A stretch of DNA of 64,000 bases from Calditrichia bacterium (GTDB lineage: Bacteria > Calditrichota > Calditrichia > JAJRVZ01), in assembly GCA_963712885.1 (NCBI GenBank), contig CAVQJT010000010.1:68249-132248 (forward strand). Reading direction: 5' to 3'. Shown here piece after piece: positions 55,791 through 64,000 of this stretch. The stretch's first letter is position 1, and each line of letters begins with the position of its first letter. A program made the position numbers and the translations under genes. The notes beneath the pieces are model-generated. The model searched no databases and was not told where the DNA came from. It saw only the letters and a program-made list of their open reading frames with translations.

Positions 55791-55892
55791 TTACTTATCA
55801 ACATGAGTGTCCGGTTTAATAAAAATTTAGTGTATTTTAAAAAATTCATCTTTTAATCTACATTTGTTGACCCTCCCCTGGCCCGCCGAAGG

Positions 55893-55919
55893 GGGCCTAT
55901 CCCCTCCCTAATGCGATTA
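55893..55919. other. Perfect GC-rich hairpin (CCCCTCCCTAAT gcg ATTAGGGAGGGG) in an AT-rich intergenic region. REP-like or terminator-like.
   Basis: 12-bp perfect stem and 3-nt loop read directly. No clear U-tract. Confidence 0.5.
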
Positions 55920-56189
55920 GGGAGGGGACTAAGGGGTGGGTAATTTCCAGGAAACTCAAATCGAGTAACTCTTTTCCGGTCGTGTTAAAATGCTTCCTGA
56001 TGAAGTTCTGTAAGGTGTGTATGCTTTTTTAACCGGACACTTGTGATTTATCCAATGGTTCAATTTTATCCATCATACCTTCCTTTTATGTTTACAAGAG
56101 ATTGCTTCGTTACTCCGCACCTACTCGAGTGCGAGTAGGTGAAGGATTCCTCGCAATGACAGCGTAGACTGAATTAATCAAAAGTCTCA

Positions 56190-57954
56190 TCATTTTAATA
56201 TAAAAATTTTCATAACCGCTGAGGCATACGCAGATTTCACACTCAATAAATAAATCCCGGTCGATAATTTATCCGAACCAATTGAGAACAGATGTGAACC
56301 AACGGAATATCCCCTAAAAATCTTCCTGAAGGCCTGCCTTCCCAGAACATCATAAATGATGATCTCGATATCCGATGCCGCTTTTAGATCGACATGAACC
56401 GAGGCAGTGGAATTGAACGGGTTTGGTGTAATACGCATCGAAAGATCGAGCTGCATTTCGCCTTTCAATACCCTTTTCCGGAATAGCATCTATGATATCT
56501 CTGGCAAAGGGTCCGACATCTGCTTCACTAAGAATTGTGCGGATCACGGGATCATCGCTATACTCATCTGCACCGATATCGGTCGGCAGGCTTCTCTTCT
56601 GCCCTTCAATATCATCCGAAACATAATCAAAATCACCGGATGCGGCATCGATTGCCGGACTTTTCGCATCAGGATGCCAGAATCCATCTGTTTTGATCAT
56701 CAATGGATCACTTATCAGAATCGAAGCAGAATCAACACCAATACCTACGGTACCCGCATTGCCGGGATAAGCCAGATTTGTCTGCCATATCATGTTGACC
56801 GGGTCGGTAAATGTGTTTATAAGGGTAGTCGAATCGGAAACGATAAGATTGTGTGCCATGATGACATCACGGGGTGGTTTGGTGTATGCGCCGTTATTCG
56901 TATATCCGATCTCGATCGGATGGTCGTTTTGTATCAGTGTGTTGTGGACAATTTCAGCCCGATTGATACGAAAATGGCGGCTTAAATTGGTACCACTGTC
57001 ATAATCACCATTGGTAAGGGTCAACCCCGCATCCCATTTTGTACCGGTAAGACGGGTAAAATAGTTGTTGTAAATTTTATGATCATCTCCGTATAGACGC
57101 ACGCCTCCTGTTCCGGTCTTTTCCTCGCCCAGGAAAAAATTGCTTTCGACCACCGATCCGTTTCCATGACGCAAACAGAGCGAACCCTGACATCGTCTGA
57201 AAGTATTATATCTGATGGTATCGGCGCAGGTTTTTACGGAAATGATTTCCGGGTCACCATCACAATTTTCAAAAAGATTGTATTCAACAACCGTAAATCC
57301 ATTGGACATTGACATTTCACTCCAACCGACCCTGATCGCCTCCATTCCGTTCTCTATCCTTGGGCCCGTATTCCGTAAATGGTTATGGTCAATACGATCG
57401 TATTTTGATGACTGGTAAGTTGGTTCAGGTGAGCCATCGATCGTAATAAAATTTCCGGGTTGATGTTTCTCTTCAAAGAGATTATGATCGATCCGGTTAA
57501 ATGCCGATATGGCATTAGGATCATTCCAAATGCCCCCGATCACGATCCATTTTGATGATTCAGACTCAGTTAAGCGAAATGTATTCCGTGTCACCCGAAT
57601 ATTATCGCATGCTTCCATTTTGATGGCCGAATATGATGCTGTCGTGATCAAAAACCCCTGAATAATCACATGGCTGGCCTGTTTGAGGCCAAAATAGGTG
57701 TCACCAGCCAGTTCGACTTTACCAATATCTGCGGCGGTAATTACAACCGGTTGCTCGGTGGTGGCCTTAACCGTGATGGTCATGTTTCCTGGATCATATA
57801 CACCCGCGGCGACTTCGATACGATCACCCGGCAGAGCCATCTGGACAGCAGATTTTAATTGCGAAGCGGTCGAAACACGAATCAGGCGCAAATACGGCCA
57901 ATCTTCACCGAGCAGAATAGAACCATATAGCAGGATTGATAGAATTGTTTTCAA
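56190..57954 (-). CDS. PL6-family polysaccharide lyase with a T9SS C-terminal domain; frameshifted at the catalytic-domain/sorting-domain junction near 56350-56490.
   Basis: EYNLFENCDGDPEIISVKTCADTIRYNTFRRCQGSLCLRHGN..GGVRLYGDDHKIYNNYF..TNGDYDSGTNLSRHF. Sorting domain in ORF 56190..56489. Confidence 0.7.
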
Positions 57955-58271
57955 TATTCTAGATCAAAGATTGAGTAGACTCGAAAAAGCCCCGATTACG
58001 AAGTTATCATCCCGAACTCGTTTCGGGATCAACTGTTTTTACCGGACTTACAGATGCTGAAATGAATTCAGCATGACAATATTGCACTATTCAGAGTGCA
58101 TTCAAGATTAAAGATTTACTGTTTACAGAGCAAAATAGCGTAAGAAAGCGACCGGGGGCAACGCGCAGGTTTCTTATATTACGCCTGCTCTTAAATTCCT
58201 AATTTCTAATTTCTCATTCCTCATTTCGCATCCCTGCCAACTGCTTGCCCGCCGGAGGCGTGGCCAACTGC

Positions 58272-59297
58272 CTACCGCTGAACCCTGCCTGAAATATCTC
58301 CTTTTACAATCGAAAGCACTTCATCTTCACTGACCAGATTCATATCACCGGGAATAGTCTGCTTTAGTGCCGATGCCGCCACGGCAAACTCCAGCGCCCT
58401 TTGTTTGTCCCAGCCCTCCAGCAAGCCGTGAATCAGGCCGGCACCAAATGAATCGCCCCCACCGACACGGTCCACAAGATGTATTGGATACTTGCGGCTT
58501 AAAAAGTATTCATTTCCATCATATAACATGGCTGACCAGTTATTATCTGAAGCGGAGAGACTTTCTCTCAAAGTAATGGCAACATCTGAGATCTCAGCCA
58601 GATCTTTCACCTTTGCAGCCACTTCCTGAAAGTGATCGGTCGAAAGGTGACCGCTTGTTACATCCGTCGTATCGGCTTTGATGCCAAATACATCGGCAGC
58701 ATCCTCTTCGTTGGCGATTACAACGTCAATATACTGAATGATCTCACTCATGGTCCGTTTTGCCTGGTCGCGGCTCCACAGTTTTTTACGATAATTCAAA
58801 TCACAACTGATCCGGAGGTCCGATTTTTTTGCGATCCGCACCGCGTCAAGACAGGTTGCTGCGCTGCCTTCAGATAAGGCAGGGGTGATTCCCGTGATAT
58901 GGAACCACGCCGCATTTTCGAAGATCTTCGGCCAATCAAACATCTCAGGTTGAATTTCTGCCATCGCCGAACCGGAGCGGTCATAAGTCACTTTCGAAGG
59001 TCTGATCGATGCGCCATGTTCCAGAAAATAGATTCCGATCCGTTCCCCGCCCCTGATAATAAAAGCGGTATCAACCCCATATCCGGCAATCGTTTTAATA
59101 GCCGCATCACCCAGCGGATTATCCGGAAGACGGGTAACAAAAGAAACATCATTCCCATACTGCGACAGCGAAACGGCAACATTCGCTTCCCCGCCCCCAT
59201 ATGTTGCCTGAAACGTATTGGTTTGCAAAATACGTTCGTAATTGAACGGTGCCAGGCGTAACATGATTTCGCCAAAAGTCACTATTCTTTTTTTCAT
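58272..59297 (-). CDS. kdgK: 2-dehydro-3-deoxygluconokinase (PfkB family).
   Basis: PfkB motifs (GGGEANVA; DRVGGGDSFGAG). KdgK-like length. Adjacent to eda. Confidence 0.8.
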   Translation of the reverse strand: MKKRIVTFGEIMLRLAPFNYERILQTNTFQATYGGGEANVAVSLSQYGNDVSFVTRLPDNPLGDAAIKTIAGYGVDTAFIIRGGERIGIYFLEHGASIRPSKVTYDRSGSAMAEIQPEMFDWPKIFENAAWFHITGITPALSEGSAATCLDAVRIAKKSDLRISCDLNYRKKLWSRDQAKRTMSEIIQYIDVVIANEEDAADVFGIKADTTDVTSGHLSTDHFQEVAAKVKDLAEISDVAITLRESLSASDNNWSAMLYDGNEYFLSRKYPIHLVDRVGGGDSFGAGLIHGLLEGWDKQRALEFAVAASALKQTIPGDMNLVSEDEVLSIVKGDISGRVQR

Positions 59298-59312
59298 TTT
59301 TGCTTCAATAAC

Positions 59313-59972
59313 CTATTTTGATCTACCCTCTTTTACGGTTGTCACAAATTCAGAAGCCCGTATTGTAAGCTGCTCCCATTCTGATTCCGCAATCATTTTC
59401 TTATCGAGCAATGCGGTTCCGACACCAAGGCAGCAGGCACCGGCCCTGATAAACTCTGAAGCGTTTTCCAAGGATACACCCCCTGTTGGTGTCAGTCTGA
59501 CCTGCGGCAGAGGTCCATGAATATCTTTAAAATACTTTGGACCGAGCGCGGTCGCGGGAAATACTTTTACCACGTCGGCACCGTTTTCCCATGCGCACAG
59601 TATCTCTGTGGGTGTAAATGCGCCTGAAATCATTAACCGGTCATACCGATGCACAAGCCGGATCATGTCAGGATTGAGAACCGGACTTACCACGAATGTG
59701 GCGCCGGCCTGAATAACCATCCTGGCTGTTTCCGTATCCAGAACAGTTCCTGCACCGATCAGAAATTCACCATTATATCGATGCGATAATTGACTGATGA
59801 TCTCAGGTGCATTGGGGGTGGTCATGGTTATTTCTAATGCATGAATGCCGCCTTTGGTGAGCGCACCGATGATGCCCTCCAGTTTTGAAATATCTGCCAG
59901 ACGGATTACCGCAATGATGCCGCATTCCTCAATTTTTGCAAGGACTTCCGTTCTGTTCATGGCACGATTCAA
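59313..59972 (-). CDS. eda: 2-dehydro-3-deoxyphosphogluconate / 4-hydroxy-2-oxoglutarate aldolase.
   Basis: GIIAVIR..ALEITMTTP..GAGTVL...FVVSP...KVFPA Eda pattern; 219 aa. Confidence 0.85.
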   Translation of the reverse strand: MNRAMNRTEVLAKIEECGIIAVIRLADISKLEGIIGALTKGGIHALEITMTTPNAPEIISQLSHRYNGEFLIGAGTVLDTETARMVIQAGATFVVSPVLNPDMIRLVHRYDRLMISGAFTPTEILCAWENGADVVKVFPATALGPKYFKDIHGPLPQVRLTPTGGVSLENASEFIRAGACCLGVGTALLDKKMIAESEWEQLTIRASEFVTTVKEGRSK

Positions 59973-60030
59973 CTCCGATTTCGAATGAATAAAACGTTGC
60001 CGGCCGGATGACCGGCAACGTTGAAAGCGG

Positions 60031-63000
60031 TTATTTGATCATCATCATCTTCTTAATGTCACTGAATTCTTCTGATTGAATGCGATAAAAGTATAATCCG
60101 GTAGCAAGTTCCGGATGATTAAAGACCAGTTTATGTTTACCGGCCGGCATCTGTTGATCGACGAGTGTAAATATCTCGCGGCCAAGAATGTCATAAACTT
60201 TAATCGTCGTTTTGCCTGCTTTTTTCAGATCAAATCGAATCGTCGTCTGTGGGTTGAACGGATTCGGATAGTTCTGATACAGGGTATATTCGGTTGGGAT
60301 CCCATTGAGGTCTTCGATAGCATCTACCATCTGGAATTTTACACCAACCGTTTTATTTCCATCCATGGTAATGGTCTGCGGGTTGACAGCACCGGTCAGA
60401 TCTCCCGTCCATTCAACGAACTCATAGGAGGTATCCGGTACAGACTGTCAGGGTAACTACCTGGTCCGGATCAAAGGTTTTACCTACAGGAGCCGGGTCA
60501 AAAACAACTTTTCCTTCACCTTCAATGGTTACCGCCACCAGAAAATGCGTTGGTGTGTTGGTTGCCCATCTCAGATCGCCTGCCGCTTCACCATCGTCGC
60601 CAATATCGTAAGCATGGGAGGCCGATAAAAGCGTATAATTCCTGTCCCCCGGTGCTTCGAACAGCGGATCGAATTCCCAGATCAGAGTAGTATCCAGTGT
60701 CGCACCGACTTCCAGGTCAATATTCGTACTGGCATTATTGATAACCAGATGCGAGGCTGATGATGCTTCACCGTACAATCTGATCACATCGTTATGACGT
60801 GCAGACAGGAACATCTGATTTGTAATAATGCAGTTCTTTATCTCAGCATTCAGTACACCTTCGGGATAAAGGACGCGGTAATTCTGATTCCAACTCGCAG
60901 AGTCAATCGTGCAGTGATTGATCATGAGCACCATGTCATTATTATCACGCACTCTCACAGCTTCCCGACCTGATCGGATAAAGGTTGTGTTTTCAATTCT
61001 GGCATACTTAACCGTGTTGGGATCTCTCATATAGATGCCTTCGTTTTTGCATTCCCTGAACATGCTGTTGGTAATGATCAGTGTATCCACAAATGACCCG
61101 GCATAGATCTTTACCCATACCTCGCCTGAATTGTAGATATAACAATCGTTAATCCTGATCTCTGTTTTTACCGTATCGTCATCTGTCCTTAAAGCATACT
61201 TGGCATCATACATTTCAATACCATCCAGTGAGAGACTGGTACCACCGACTCTGATCTGGAAAATACCATCTGAATAACCCAGATCCGGATTACCTTCAAT
61301 TTTTGGCCGTTCCGCAAGCCCTTCTTTCGCCATTATGGACAACGGAAAATCAACATCGATGTTCTCATGTGCCTTATATACGCCACCCGAGGTGGTCAAT
61401 ACAATATGTTTTACCTGACTGTTGTTGCGGGCAAAATCAACAGCCTCAGCCAGGCTTTGGGTGGTATCGATCTCAAGTATGCCGCCGGGGACAGAGATCT
61501 CACTGAAGGTAACCGTTACATTCACATCACTGTCCATTGTCACGATCGCCGTGTCATTCGCACTGGTAATATCACCAGACCAGCCGTCAAATTTAAAACC
61601 ACCAAGCGGCATGGCAACCATCGTTACTACAGTGGAAGAATCGTAACTTTCATAGTAGGGATAGGGTTCAGGATCGTAGCTGACCTCTCCTTTACCTACG
61701 ACCGTAAGATTGATCTTAAATTGTGTTTCAATCGGTGTAAAATTGGCGGTAACGCTTAGGTTTGATGTTACCGATATGGTATCCGGATTATTTGATCCGG
61801 TAAGATCACCTGTCCACTCGGTGAATACCATCGCAGACGTATCAGACACGGCGGTCAGGGTGACATCGGTACCATCATAATAGGAAAATATACCGGCCGC
61901 GCTGTCGGCCTGAGCTGGCGCCGGTGCCAGATCCACATGACCGATCCCGATTGCCGAGACCGTCAGGGTAAACAGATCCTTCAAGGGGACAAAGAAAACT
62001 GTAACGGTCAGATCGGAGTTCATGGTGACCGTTCTTACCTCTGTATCCGGCGGAAAAGCAGCCGGTTCCCACTTGGATACCTTTGAATCAGCCCCAGGTT
62101 TTGCGGTCAGGGTAACAACCGTTCCCGGATCATAATAGGGGCCGGCCGGACTTGCCTCTACAGTTCCGTTTCCGTCCGTAAGAAGCGTTAACAAAAATTG
62201 ATTCGGATCTGTTTCCCAGCGCAGATCGCCCATCGCTTTGCCGTCATCCGCAGCACCACGGGCCGGGGATGTCAGGGCAAGACGATAATCACCACTTGAC
62301 GGATCCTTGTACAGCGGATCTTCGTCGATCATACCTCCACCGATTGAAGACGATTCACCTGTATCGACCGGTCTTACATTAAAGGTATCGGTGTAGGAAA
62401 TTGTGGATGTGCCGTAAAGATCAACGGATTCCGTATTCGTACCCATTTGATTTGACATGATGCAATTCGTAATGGTGGCATTGGTGACATACAGGTCGCC
62501 CCCGTCCATACGGATTACACGATCGTTCTCAATGGTTGCAGTTGAATCCATGGTAACATGATTGATAATTACTTCTGGATTATAGCCAACCGCAGCACTA
62601 CCGAACTGTATCGCCTCACGTCCGGTATTGGTAATGGTAACATTTTCAAACAGTACGTAGTTCATTGCAGGGCCGTCACCGCCAGTATCATAGAAATTAA
62701 ATCCTTCCCGTAAAGCATTTCTGGCAATTGAGTTTGTTACAATACATGTATCGACAACAGTTTTCAAATAGCCCCGTACAAAGTTTTCGGTATAATCGTG
62801 AAAATAACAGTCATCGACCTTCAGAAACATGTAGGTGGAATCACCGGCAATCAGACGGACAGCCTGTTTGGAATAGGGAGTTCCGCTGCCATCGCCGCTA
62901 CCATCAAACTCCAGGCCGATCAGGGTTAGACTACCGCCGGAGAGCACCTCGAAATTACGGGTGTTGGAACTACTAGTTGGCCGAAGATTCCGGATAATTG

Positions 63001-64000
63001 GTCTCTGGGTCAGCCCTTCCCGCGCTCGGATTGTAAGAACTTTATCAATTTCAATCTTATCGAACTCTTGCGTGTATACGTAAACACCACCATTGTCCAT
63101 CAATTCAAGAATATCACCACTCTCGGCTGCCTGTACGGCATCATAAAGCGTATTATCCCCGGCATACACCTTATGAACGGTTGGCCCCTGAGCGTACGGA
63201 TCCCAGCGCAAATCGCCCATGGCTTTGGCGTCATCCGCCATGCCAAGTGCCGGTGATCCTTCCTGAAGTGTATAGTCAAGATTAGCCGGATCTGTATACA
63301 ACGGATCTCCACTGATCATACCGCTGCCGATGGCTGCAGATTCGTTTAAATCGACAGGCCTTACATGAAAGGTATCACTATAGGAAACCGTGGAGGTACC
63401 GTACAACTGAAGCGAATACTGGTAAGCACCCATCTGATTGGATATAATGCAATTTTTTATGGTTGCATTTGCAACAGCTATGGTGCCGGGGTTTAACCTG
63501 ATCACCCGATAATCACCCCCCTGGGAGGTGGAATCCATGGTGACATGGTTGATAATCACTTCCGGGTTATATCCTACATCAGCACTGCCGATCTTTATCG
63601 CTTCACGGCCGACATTTGTAATCGTAACGTTCTCAAACAGGGCGTAATTCAAAGCCGGCCCACCACTGTTGGTGTCATACAGCATCCAGCCTTCCCGTAC
63701 AGAGCCGGTACTGACCGAGTTTTGAATGATAAAAGTATCGACGACGGTTTTGGTATAGCCTCTGAGGAAATTTTCGGTATAATCATGAAAATAGCAGTCG
63801 AATATTTTCAGGACCATTGAGGTGGAGTCGCCGGCAGTGAGACGAATTGCCTGTTTGGAATATGGGGTCCCGCTGCCATCGCCGCTACCGTCGAATTCAA
63901 GACCGATTAGGGTCAGAGTGCCCCCGGATAGCACTTCGAAATTACGTGTGTTGGTACTCGAAGTCGGACGAAGACTACGGATAACCGGTTTCTGTGCCAA
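60031..64000 (-). CDS. Giant multi-module beta-helix T9SS cargo protein; 1192 aa are visible and the N-terminus lies beyond the window edge. It has three beta-helix modules plus Ig-like spacers. A frameshift near 60430 separates the body from its sorting domain.
   Basis: ORF 60422..64000 is open to the window edge. Modules 1 and 2 are about 70% identical at protein level. The C-terminal domain in ORF 60031..60366 is LYQNYPNPFNPQTTIRFDL.... Confidence 0.65.

Noticed and set aside
57996-58030. A hairpin ATCCCGAActcgTTTCGGGAT followed by a T-run, as an intrinsic terminator.
   Set aside because: It reads as a terminator only on the plus strand, where no plus-strand gene lies upstream. On the minus strand (downstream of kdgK) there is no U-tract. 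Left unannotated.
44228-60430. Programmed ribosomal frameshifting at the junctions before the T9SS sorting domains (44230-44300, 56350-56490, 60370-60430).
   Set aside because: No slippery heptamer or downstream structure was seen. The junction at 60430 is repaired by a simple 1-nt deletion. Identical single-nucleotide breaks occur in galU, cutA, the ABC ATPase and others, so generic indel error is the more economical explanation.

Overview
The window is about 45% GC, and genes carry Shine-Dalgarno sites. CsrA is present, and at least eight secreted proteins end in a type IX secretion (T9SS) C-terminal sorting domain with the LYQNYPNPFNP signature. No SusD-like gene is seen. My inference is an uncultivated member of the FCB superphylum outside Bacteroidia (for example Marinimicrobia, Calditrichota or Ignavibacteria-like); this is not proven.

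Positions 1-31000 are mostly housekeeping: leuS, pdxS/pdxT, trxA, engB, cobB, csrA, galU, a leucine-catabolism pair, a VapBC toxin-antitoxin pair, a YqeB/YqeC-like pair, cutA, rlpA-like and TPR proteins. They are interspersed with T9SS cargo genes and an outer-membrane beta-barrel gene.

Positions 31000-64000 form a dense, almost entirely minus-strand island for degrading an acidic, uronate-containing polysaccharide. It contains two PL6-type lyases, two alginate-lyase-family proteins, a heparinase II/III-like lyase, GH88, GH2, KdgK and Eda, a TonB-dependent receptor, two PorV/FadL-like barrels, and several large right-handed beta-helix T9SS cargo proteins that I cannot assign to a known enzyme family.

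The most notable object is a SusD-less glycan-capture architecture: a TonB-dependent receptor, a T9SS-anchored FN3 protein and PorV-like barrels, sitting next to a multi-module beta-helix giant. This is the best candidate for the undescribed system.

Many genes (about 14) are interrupted by single-base frameshifts. This looks like indel-type assembly error typical of long-read assemblies, or genuine decay. Coordinates of the affected genes should be read as reconstructed spans.

Several families of intergenic repeats are also present: a 430-bp near-identical duplication, a (TAATTCC)17 microsatellite, a MITE-like palindromic element, and small GC-rich hairpin repeats.
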